Source: Gammaproteobacteria bacterium
GTDB taxonomy: Bacteria > Pseudomonadota > Gammaproteobacteria > Pseudomonadales > Azotimanducaceae
Assembly (NCBI GenBank): GCA_009840715.1
Contig: VXNE01000629.1
Span: 1 to 28,441 of the forward strand
Direction of reading: 5' to 3'
Length of the DNA: 28,441 nucleotides
How positions within the stretch are numbered: position 1 is the stretch's first letter; every line of letters begins with the position of its first letter. The notes below the pieces were generated by a model, which saw nothing but the letters and a program-made list of their open reading frames with translations, ran no database searches and was not told where the DNA came from. Of this stretch, positions 15,382 to 23,538 are shown piece by piece. Position numbers and translations under genes: made by a program.

Positions 15382-18126
15382 GTGCGCCTTTCATCGCGGC
15401 GAAAAAAGCTAGGGTGTCCCGCCCGTCGCGTGTCGTTGCTGTTGTACGCACTGGCCGCCCCCGTCGCGGCGGCCGGTCCAGCGTACGCCGAAGCCAGCAG
15501 CGAATCCGGAGGGGACAGCATGCACCAGCAGGCCACAGCCGCGACCGAAGCACTCCTCGCGAGGGTTGTCGATTTCCACATCACGGAGACGGACGCGACG
15601 GCATCGCTGATCGCGTTCGGCGAGCAGGCGGAGCTGTCCGTGCTCATCAACCAGGATGCCCGGGACGCCTCGACCGCCGAACTCGTCGGCGCCTTCCCGG
15701 TCGCCGAGGGCCTCGAGCGCCTGCTTGAGGACACGGGGCTCGAATACAGGATGGAGGGGCCGGCCATCATCATCTCGCGCCGCGTGGCGGAGGTGCGCGT
15801 CGGGGCCCCGGCGACACCCGCCGTTACCCGAAGCGCGGTGAACGCTCCGGCACGTAGTGGGTCGGTGCTGGTGAGGCTCCTCACGGCCCTCGCCAGCGTC
15901 GTGGCGGCGACCGGCTCGCCGGCGCTGGCCGAAACGGGGGACCAGGTCAAGGTGATCGAGACCATTGTCGTCACCGCCCAAAAGCGCGAGGAGACCTCCC
16001 AGGAGACGCCCTTGGCCCTCACGGCCGTCGCTTCCGATACCGTCGAGGAACGGCAGATCGATGGCGTCCGCAAGATGTCCCAGCTAGCACCAAGCCTGGT
16101 GTTCAACCGTTCGGGCACGGCGGCAAACACCTACATGCGGGGGGTAGGACAGGACATTGCGACGGTCCTCGGCGAGCCCGGGGTCGCTCTCTTCGTTGAC
16201 GGTGTCTACCAGGGGGCGAACTTCGCGCAAACCGCCTCTTACAACGATCTCGAACGGATCGAGGTTCTGCGCGGTCCCCAAGGGACCTTGTACGGCCGCA
16301 ACACCACGGGTGGGAACATCAACATCTACACCCGACAACCGAGCTTCGAGACTGGAATCGAAGCGTCGCTGCTTTTCGGAGATTACGACCGCCTGAAAGC
16401 GACCGTCGCGGGCCAGGCGACGCTGGTGGAGGACCGCGTTGCTATCCGCGGCAACCTCGTGACCGACACCAACGACGGTTACCGGCACAATCCGGTGAGC
16501 GGTGACGACCTTGAAGAGCGTGACATACAGGCAGGAGCGGTATCGGTCCTGTTCACGCCATCAGACACCGTCGAGATGACGTTGCGGGCGGATTGGAATG
16601 AGCAGGACGACGACAATCCCGCGTGGGACTATCTGCGCAGCGTGCCTGGGGCGGGTCTTTCCCCCCAGTTGTTCGGCGGCGTCGCCGCACCGGGCGCGGA
16701 TGAGATCCGCAGCGACAGGGAGGGCCGGTACATAACCGAGCACTGGGGCGTCTCGATGGACCTGTCCTGGGGCGTTGGTGACGTCGTGGTGAGGTCGATT
16801 ACCGCCTACCGGGAGTCCGACCAAGAGGTCGACTATGACAACGACGGCACTGATGTCGCGTTCTTTGAAGTGGTCGGCGGTCAGTTCAGCGAACAGTTCA
16901 GCCAGGAGGTCAACATCAGCGGCCTGGGTTTGAACGGTAACCTCGAGTGGATGACGGGACTGTTCTATTTCGAGCATGACCTGGACATCCTGTGGAACTT
17001 CGACCTCAAAGTCCTCCAGGGCTTCTTCGAAGCGGTTTTTCCGGATATCCAGAAAGGGTTCATGCCGCCGCTGCCGCCTGGCGGTTTGGCGGACCCAACA
17101 CGGAATCTCTTCTACTCGGGTCGTATTCCGACGGGGATTGGCTCGGCGGTACCGTTCCTGGACTTCCGCAACCAGCAGGAGTTGGGCAGTAACGCGGCGT
17201 TCGTTCAGGGGACCTACTCGCTGACGGATGCTCTGCGGATCACCGCCGGCGTCCGTTACACGGACGACAAGAAGGACAACGTTCAGTCCGTCACTTCAAA
17301 TGTCTCGCCTGCCGGCTGCATGGACCTGCCGCTCAGCGAGAGCTGGGAGGAAACGACCTGGAAGCTCGGATTGGACTGGGACGTCGCCGAGAACGCGCTG
17401 TTTTACGCCTCGGCATCCCGTGGCTTCAAGTCAGGCGGATTCAACAGCGGGACCTGCGACAATGCATACGATCCGGAGACGATCAATGCCTACGAGGCCG
17501 GGTTGAAGTCAACATGGGCCGATGGCCGGGTGCTGCTGAATCTGGCCGCGTTCCTGTACGACTACCAGGATTTGCAGGCGACGCTCTTTGTCAACAACGC
17601 TTCCCGGCTGGAAAATGCGACGGACACGGAAATGAGAGGCCTGGAAGCCGAGATCGCGGTGATTGCCGGGGCCGGCTTCGAGTTCGATGCTCAAGTGTCC
17701 TGGATGGATACGGAGTACACGGACTTTGTGACCACCAATCCCATGACGGGAGTCCTGGAAGATGCCAGCGGCAACCAGGTGCTGCGGGCGCCGGATTTCA
17801 GTTTCAACGTTGGTGTTCAGTACACGTTCACGACTGCGACGGCGGGTGCGTACACACTGCGCTACGAGGCGTCCCACAAAGACGACTACTTCACGACCGT
17901 TTTCAATGATGCTTTCGCCGAGGTGCAGGCTCACACCGTCCAGAATGTGCGAATCATCTGGCGAGGCGCGCGATCCTGGGACGTGCAAGGGTTTATTGAA
18001 AACCTCTCGGACGAGGAGTACGTCGAGAACCAGTTGGCGGTAGCCACGGTCGGCGGTGTCATCGGCAGTTGGGCGCCTCCGCGTACCTGGGGCGTGCAGG
18101 TCCGCTACCGGGCGGGGGCTTACTGA
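15382..18126 (+). CDS. TonB-dependent receptor 2, transducer type with N-terminal STN signalling domain (up to 914 aa; start codon uncertain)
   Basis: Signal-like LLLYALAAPVAAAGPAYA; STN domain FHITETDATASLIAFGEQAELSV...AEGLERLLEDTGLEY; TonB box IETIVVTAQKREE; LERIEVLRGPQGTLYGRNTTGG; YASASRGFKSGGFN; C-terminal aromatic (…YRAGAY). It lies directly after the ECF/FecR pair. Confidence 0.93.
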   Translation: MRLSSRRKKLGCPARRVSLLLYALAAPVAAAGPAYAEASSESGGDSMHQQATAATEALLARVVDFHITETDATASLIAFGEQAELSVLINQDARDASTAELVGAFPVAEGLERLLEDTGLEYRMEGPAIIISRRVAEVRVGAPATPAVTRSAVNAPARSGSVLVRLLTALASVVAATGSPALAETGDQVKVIETIVVTAQKREETSQETPLALTAVASDTVEERQIDGVRKMSQLAPSLVFNRSGTAANTYMRGVGQDIATVLGEPGVALFVDGVYQGANFAQTASYNDLERIEVLRGPQGTLYGRNTTGGNINIYTRQPSFETGIEASLLFGDYDRLKATVAGQATLVEDRVAIRGNLVTDTNDGYRHNPVSGDDLEERDIQAGAVSVLFTPSDTVEMTLRADWNEQDDDNPAWDYLRSVPGAGLSPQLFGGVAAPGADEIRSDREGRYITEHWGVSMDLSWGVGDVVVRSITAYRESDQEVDYDNDGTDVAFFEVVGGQFSEQFSQEVNISGLGLNGNLEWMTGLFYFEHDLDILWNFDLKVLQGFFEAVFPDIQKGFMPPLPPGGLADPTRNLFYSGRIPTGIGSAVPFLDFRNQQELGSNAAFVQGTYSLTDALRITAGVRYTDDKKDNVQSVTSNVSPAGCMDLPLSESWEETTWKLGLDWDVAENALFYASASRGFKSGGFNSGTCDNAYDPETINAYEAGLKSTWADGRVLLNLAAFLYDYQDLQATLFVNNASRLENATDTEMRGLEAEIAVIAGAGFEFDAQVSWMDTEYTDFVTTNPMTGVLEDASGNQVLRAPDFSFNVGVQYTFTTATAGAYTLRYEASHKDDYFTTVFNDAFAEVQAHTVQNVRIIWRGARSWDVQGFIENLSDEEYVENQLAVATVGGVIGSWAPPRTWGVQVRYRAGAY
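15401..15440 (+). promoter_or_regulatory. Possible FecI-type ECF promoter for the transducer TBDR
   Basis: A run AAAAAAGCTAGGG (15402-15414) is followed by GTCGTT (15432-15437) at the usual place right after fecR. The match to ECF promoter patterns is from recall only. Confidence 0.25.
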
Positions 18127-18128
18127 GA

Positions 18129-19427
18129 ATGTCCGGACGATGGTCGTTGCCCGCCCTGATGCTGCTAGCTCTTCCCGTGCAGGCGGCAGAGATTGCAACC
18201 GGTCGTCCGGAACTTCAGGGCATGTCCAGCGACCGGTTGCAGAGGGTGCAGGCGCTGAACCAACGGTACACGGATGCCGGCATCATCGCAGGCATCGTGA
18301 CGGCCGTCGCGCGCAACGGCGTGATCGTGCACCAGAGCGCGTCGGGCGTCAGAGGGGTAGATGACCCGCGCCCGATCGCGCTGGACGATCTGTTTCGCAT
18401 CTACTCGATGTCGAAGCCCGTCACCGCGGTCGCCGCGATGCAGCTCTACGAGCAAGGGGCGTTTCAGCTATCGGATCCCGTTTCGAGGTTCATCCCTGAA
18501 CTCAAGGATCTCAAGGTCATTGAGAACGGGGTGTTGCGGCCGGCGAAACGGGAAATGACGATGCATCAGTTGCTGACGCACACGGCGGGGCTTTCGTACG
18601 GCTTCGATCCGGGCAATCCGATCGACAGGATGTACGTTGAAGCCAGCCTGTGGGAGGCAAAGGACCTCGACGACTTCGTCACGAGACTGGCCAGGCTTCC
18701 CTTGATGTTCGACCCGGGCGGGGAATGGCAGTACTCGGTGGCCGTAGATGTCACGGGGCTGGTGGTGGAACGAATCAGCGGGCAGCCTTTCGACGAGTAC
18801 CTGAACGAGCACATCTTTCAGCCGCTGGATATGGTCGACACAGGCTTTAACGTACCGCCGGACGAACGTCATCGCCTGCTGCCCAATCACGTGCTCGATA
18901 GCGGAACCAACAGGTCGGTGTCCATCGACAATGTGTTCGAGTTCTTCCCCCAGGCGGCGGACATGTTCTACCGGAACTGCAGGGCGATGTGCGACTTCGA
19001 CGACGTGACGCTCTACTCCGGTGGCTCCGGGCTGGTCTCCACGCTACGGGACTATCTGCGCTTTGCGCTTGCCATGCGCGATGGCGAGCTGGACGGACAG
19101 CGCATCCTCAGCCCGAAAACCGTCAACTTCATGCGCCGGAATCACCTGGCTGCGGGAGTTCATCCCGTGTCGCCAATCGAGAGAATCCCGTTTGCCAGCG
19201 GTGGCTGGGGCATCGGATTTTCGGTGCTAACCGATCCCGCGGCACAGGGCATCATGGCCAGTGTCGGAGACTACTCCTGGACCGGGGGCGCAGGCACGGT
19301 GTTCTGGATCGATCCCGTCGAGGACATCGTGGTGGTCAGCATGATGCAGCTGCTGGGAACCTGGCCGTCCTATCAGTGGGAGCTTCGGGTAGCCACGAAT
19401 CAGGCGCTGACAGTCAGCATGGAATAG
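18129..19427 (+). CDS. Beta-lactamase-fold serine hydrolase (class C/esterase-like), exported (~432 aa)
   Basis: Signal peptide ending PVQA; FRIYSMSK (SxxK), LLTHTAGL, PGGEWQYS (catalytic Tyr), GGSGLVSTLRDYLRF and WTG...FWIDP. The ATG is 2 bp after the TBDR2 stop. Confidence 0.91.
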   Translation: MSGRWSLPALMLLALPVQAAEIATGRPELQGMSSDRLQRVQALNQRYTDAGIIAGIVTAVARNGVIVHQSASGVRGVDDPRPIALDDLFRIYSMSKPVTAVAAMQLYEQGAFQLSDPVSRFIPELKDLKVIENGVLRPAKREMTMHQLLTHTAGLSYGFDPGNPIDRMYVEASLWEAKDLDDFVTRLARLPLMFDPGGEWQYSVAVDVTGLVVERISGQPFDEYLNEHIFQPLDMVDTGFNVPPDERHRLLPNHVLDSGTNRSVSIDNVFEFFPQAADMFYRNCRAMCDFDDVTLYSGGSGLVSTLRDYLRFALAMRDGELDGQRILSPKTVNFMRRNHLAAGVHPVSPIERIPFASGGWGIGFSVLTDPAAQGIMASVGDYSWTGGAGTVFWIDPVEDIVVVSMMQLLGTWPSYQWELRVATNQALTVSME

Positions 19428-19655
19428 GTCGCCGCGCCCACCCGCTGCGCTGAGGTTCCCGGCAGCCTGTCGCGTCTTCTGCTCCTGACGGTCATGATCG
19501 CGGCCCGGCCGAAGGGCCTCCCTGGGCTCCCTTGGGGGCAACCTGCGGGCCCGGGGATCGGGACGGTGCGGCGGCTCCCCCGGGATGCGTTCCAGCGACG
19601 CAGCGGCCGCGCTACGGCGTCTTCAAGACCAGTACCGCCCGAAGGGGGAACGCTC

Positions 19656-21248
19656 GTGAACTTCCGCTTCTCTGTGTGGCTCGCGTTGGCACTCTGCGCG
19701 ACCGCCGCCCCAGCCCTGGGTGCATCGGATGCAAGAGCGCCGGAGAACGCCTGCCAGGATCTGTACCGCCTGACCGACGTGGACCATGCGGTCGAACCGG
19801 GCGTCGTGATGCCGGCGACAGACGACGTTCCGGCCCACTGCAGGGTGCGGGGCGTCATCGACGGCACGATCGGTTTCCAGGTCACCATGCCCGTCGAAGG
19901 CTGGCGGGAACGGCTCATGTTCCATGCCGTCGGGGGTACGGCCGGAGTCCTCGGGGACACCGGGAGCCTCCTCTCGAAGGGCTTCGCCATGGCGACGACG
20001 GACACCGGACACAAGTCGGTCACCACGCAGGGTTCGGAGTTCGCGCGCGACGACAACGCCCTGATCAACTTCGGCTTCCGGGCGATCCATCTCACCACGG
20101 TCCTGGCCAAGCGCCTCGTTGCGGCCTTCTACGGGCGGGAGGTGCGCTACTCCTACATCACGGGTTGTTCCAACGGGGGCCGGGCGGCGCTCGTGGAAGC
20201 GCTGCGCTATCCCGAGGACTTCGATGGCGTGATCGCCGGCGCGCCGGCGTCCGGCTGGGGGCGCGAAATCGTCCCGTGGGGCGTCGCCGCACACCGGAAA
20301 CAGCGCGCCAATCCGCTCGATGAGGCGTCCCTTGCGCTGCTCGACGCCAACTCGAAGCAGGCGTGCGATGCGCTTGACGGGCTGGCCGACGGCATTGTCG
20401 GCAATCCCACGCAATGCACCCTGGATGTCCTGAACCTCGAGGGCCTCGAGTGCACAGGGGGAGAGACATCGGGTTGCCTGACGGTCGGTCAGATCGACAC
20501 GGCGCGCTTCCTCTACACCGGGGTGGTGGACGACGAAGGACAGGTCCTGTCCCCCGGCGTGCTGCCCGGCGCGGAGGCGGCCGGGGAGTGGCAGATCTGG
20601 GTTACGGGCAACCCGGCATTCCTGGCCCTGCCAGGGCATGAGGGCATGGGCGGCATCGTCAGGGATCTGTTTCACAGGAAGCCTGGCTTCGACCTCGAAC
20701 AGTTCGACCCGGTGACGGACCGGGTGGAGCTGGCGGAGGCCTCGGTCTCGGTGGAGTTGCCGGAACCGGACTTCGGCGCGTTTCGCGCCGGCGGAGGCAA
20801 GCTCCTCATCTATCAGGGCTGGCAGGATGTGCCCTGCAGAGCGCTGGAGCTCCTGAACTATGTCTCGAGAGCGGAAGCACTCAGCGGCGGCCGGGAAGGC
20901 ATGGCGGAGTTTTCGCGGATCTACATGGTGCCCGGCATGCTGCACTGCGTCGCCGGCCCCGGCGCGTGGGCGGCGGACTACATTCAGCCGATGGTCGACT
21001 GGGTGGAGCAGGGGCGCCCGCCCGAGCGGCTCGTGGCGCACCAACCCGGCATCGTCGATTGGCTGGACGCCTTCGGGGCCGTCGCATCCGGGCAGGTCGA
21101 CTGGTATCCGAGGGCCATGGAAGCGGGTGCGGGCCACGCCGACGCACGCCGCTTCAGCCGTCCCCTCTGCCCCTTCCCCGAGCGGGCGCGGTACACGGGT
21201 TCCGGCGACCCCGACGATGCGGCGAGCTTCACCTGCGTGGCAGACTGA
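19656..21248 (+). CDS. Tannase/feruloyl esterase family alpha/beta hydrolase 1, exported (~530 aa)
   Basis: GTG start after GAAGGGGG; signal peptide; AMATTDTGH, GCSNGG (Cys-Ser nucleophile), FDGVIAGAP, KLLIYQGWQD (acid), VPGMLHC (His-Cys) and RPLCPFP...DDAASFTC. Confidence 0.92.
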   Translation: MNFRFSVWLALALCATAAPALGASDARAPENACQDLYRLTDVDHAVEPGVVMPATDDVPAHCRVRGVIDGTIGFQVTMPVEGWRERLMFHAVGGTAGVLGDTGSLLSKGFAMATTDTGHKSVTTQGSEFARDDNALINFGFRAIHLTTVLAKRLVAAFYGREVRYSYITGCSNGGRAALVEALRYPEDFDGVIAGAPASGWGREIVPWGVAAHRKQRANPLDEASLALLDANSKQACDALDGLADGIVGNPTQCTLDVLNLEGLECTGGETSGCLTVGQIDTARFLYTGVVDDEGQVLSPGVLPGAEAAGEWQIWVTGNPAFLALPGHEGMGGIVRDLFHRKPGFDLEQFDPVTDRVELAEASVSVELPEPDFGAFRAGGGKLLIYQGWQDVPCRALELLNYVSRAEALSGGREGMAEFSRIYMVPGMLHCVAGPGAWAADYIQPMVDWVEQGRPPERLVAHQPGIVDWLDAFGAVASGQVDWYPRAMEAGAGHADARRFSRPLCPFPERARYTGSGDPDDAASFTCVAD

Positions 21249-21315
21249 TCCCGGCCGGCGGGGGGGCGATGTAGGCTCAAGGGATCGGCGGACTGGAGTT
21301 CCAGGAGAACGCAAC

Positions 21316-23511
21316 ATGTATGGGCAGGCCACCACGGCAACCAGGGCGCTATATCGCAGGGTGCTGGCTGCGGCGCTTGCAGCAGCGCTCGCGGTCCCGG
21401 GAGCCCCGGCCCTCGCCGAGTCGGAAGACCGGACGGGCCTCGTGGAGGAGATCGTGGTGACCGCGAGCAAGCGCGAGTCGAACCTGCAGGATCTCCCTCT
21501 GTCGATCAATGCGTTCGGCTCCGACCGGCTGGAGGACAGCGGCGTACAGAACATCGAAGCGGTCCAGTACCTCGCCGCCGGGATCAAGATCGGCGATTAC
21601 CTCGGCCAGTCGATCGTGACCATGCGCGGCATCGGTGTGCAGCAACTGGCCGCCGGCGCGGCCACAGGCTCGGCCGTGCACGTCGACGGCGTGTATCGCT
21701 CCAGTCGCTACGACACCTCGCGACCCTACTTCGACATGGAACGCATCGAGGTACTGCGCGGGCCCCAGGGGACGCTCTACGGGCGCAACGCCACGGGAGG
21801 CACCATCAACGTCATCACCCGGGCGCCAACGGAGGAGTTCGAAATCGGTGGCAGGGCGACCGTGGGCAACTACAACCTGGTCCAGACGGAGGGTCACTTG
21901 AGCGGTCCGATTGCCGACAGCGTGCTCGGGCGTTTCGCGTTCAAGACCACCAACCGTGACGGTTTCACGAAGAACCTCTTCAACGGCAAGCGATGGAACG
22001 ACGCGGATCAGATGTCCTTCCGCGGCAAGTTGGAGTATCGCGCCAGCGATCGGCTGACGCTGCTGCTCACGGCCGACCGCAGCACCGACGACAGTGTCCA
22101 GGTCGCGCACCTGGAGCGGTTCGCGCCCGATCGACCCACGGTGATCGAACTGACGTATCCGGGAGCCTATCTACCCACCGCCCTGGCCGCCACGAGACGC
22201 GTGGTCAACCACGACGCCCCGACCTCCCAGACCGTGGACACCGAGGGTGTGTCGGTCCGGGTCGACCTGGACCTTGGGATCGCGACGCTGACGTCGCTGA
22301 CGGCCTGGCGCCATGTCGACTACAACGGCAAGTTCGACATCGACTACACCAACGCCAACGCGGCGTTCTTCCGGGATTGGCCCGTCGACAACGAAACCCT
22401 GTCCCAGGAATTCAACCTGGTGTCTGCAAGCGGCGGCGCCGTCGACTGGGTCATCGGGGCGTTCTATTTCGTGGAGGACATCTACACGATCATCGACCTG
22501 AGGGGCGGCCGGGGCATTGACTACGTCCTGGGCGCACCGCGGATCGACACCGATGCATGGGCCGTGTTCGCGGACGGCACCTATCGCATCAACGATTCGC
22601 TGGACCTCACGGTCGGAGCGCGCTACAGCTCGGAAGACAAGGAGCTGGAAGAGTTCCTCTCGATCCCGCTGTTCCGCATCATGAACACGGACGAACTGGC
22701 GGAGCGGTACAGCTCCTTCACCCCGAAGATCGCGCTGACCTGGCACGTGCGCGACAACGTGTCGCTGTACGCGACGATCGCGCGGGGGTTCAAGTCCGGC
22801 GGGTTCAATTCCTTCCTGATGCAGGGCAGCGGCTTCGACCCGGAGGAAGTCACCAACTACGAAATCGGCATGAAGAGCATCCTCGCGGACGGGCGTCTCA
22901 GCCTGAACTGGTCGCTGTTCAGCATGGACTACGAGGATCTCCAGGTCTTCCAGGTGGTCATGCTTCCGGGCGTCGTCGGCACCTCCACCAACATCGTCAC
23001 GAATGCCGGGCAGTCCGACATCGACGGCATCGAGCTCGAGATTCTGGCGGAACCCGTGGACGGACTGACGATCGATCTCAACGCGAGCTACCTGGACGCG
23101 ACCTACGGGGAGCTGTGGCTGCCGACGATCTATGCGGACTCGACGGTGAACGTCGAAGGCAATCACCTGGTCGGGGCTCCGCAGTGGGCGTACAACGTCG
23201 GGGTCGCCCGGTCCTTCCCGGTCGGCGCCTGGGGTACGGGCGCCGTACGCGTGGAGTACAGCTGGCAGGACCAGGTGTATTTCCGCCCCCACAACGAAGA
23301 GCGCATCTCGATGGACGACTACGGGCTCGTTAATCTGCGCGTCACCTTCCGGGACGCGGCCGGGCGCTGGACCTACACCCTCTTCGGCGCCAACCTGACG
23401 GACGAGCTGATCGTGGCGTACCAGAACCTCACCACGGGCGACAATTTCCCGATCCAGAACGCCTTCACGCCGCCGAGGACCTATGGTCTCTCCATCGGCG
23501 CGAACTTCTGA
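21316..23511 (+). CDS. TonB-dependent receptor 3 (~731 aa)
   Basis: AGGAG RBS; signal peptide ending PALA; TonB box VEEIVVTASKRE; MERIEVLRGPQGTLYGRNATGG; YATIARGFKSGGFN; C-terminal GANF. Confidence 0.94.
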   Translation: MYGQATTATRALYRRVLAAALAAALAVPGAPALAESEDRTGLVEEIVVTASKRESNLQDLPLSINAFGSDRLEDSGVQNIEAVQYLAAGIKIGDYLGQSIVTMRGIGVQQLAAGAATGSAVHVDGVYRSSRYDTSRPYFDMERIEVLRGPQGTLYGRNATGGTINVITRAPTEEFEIGGRATVGNYNLVQTEGHLSGPIADSVLGRFAFKTTNRDGFTKNLFNGKRWNDADQMSFRGKLEYRASDRLTLLLTADRSTDDSVQVAHLERFAPDRPTVIELTYPGAYLPTALAATRRVVNHDAPTSQTVDTEGVSVRVDLDLGIATLTSLTAWRHVDYNGKFDIDYTNANAAFFRDWPVDNETLSQEFNLVSASGGAVDWVIGAFYFVEDIYTIIDLRGGRGIDYVLGAPRIDTDAWAVFADGTYRINDSLDLTVGARYSSEDKELEEFLSIPLFRIMNTDELAERYSSFTPKIALTWHVRDNVSLYATIARGFKSGGFNSFLMQGSGFDPEEVTNYEIGMKSILADGRLSLNWSLFSMDYEDLQVFQVVMLPGVVGTSTNIVTNAGQSDIDGIELEILAEPVDGLTIDLNASYLDATYGELWLPTIYADSTVNVEGNHLVGAPQWAYNVGVARSFPVGAWGTGAVRVEYSWQDQVYFRPHNEERISMDDYGLVNLRVTFRDAAGRWTYTLFGANLTDELIVAYQNLTTGDNFPIQNAFTPPRTYGLSIGANF

Positions 23512-23538
23512 CCGACCGGTACGGTAGGGAGTCCCCAT

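Noticed and set aside
18129-19427. Antibiotic-resistance beta-lactamase call
   Set aside because: SxxK, Y-S-V and WTG motifs fit the broad esterase/peptidase branch of the fold rather than AmpC (YxN, KTG). Nothing supports a resistance function.
19425-19655. Serine hydrolase stop is in frame with tannase 1 with no intervening stop (possible read-through fusion)
   Set aside because: 76 stop-free codons are unremarkable at this GC content, and tannase 1 has its own RBS and signal peptide.
21247-21304. G7 tract and CTGGA-GT-TCCAG palindrome upstream of TBDR3 as a phase-variation or operator site
   Set aside because: Both are too short to distinguish from background in GC-rich DNA, and no second copy was seen.
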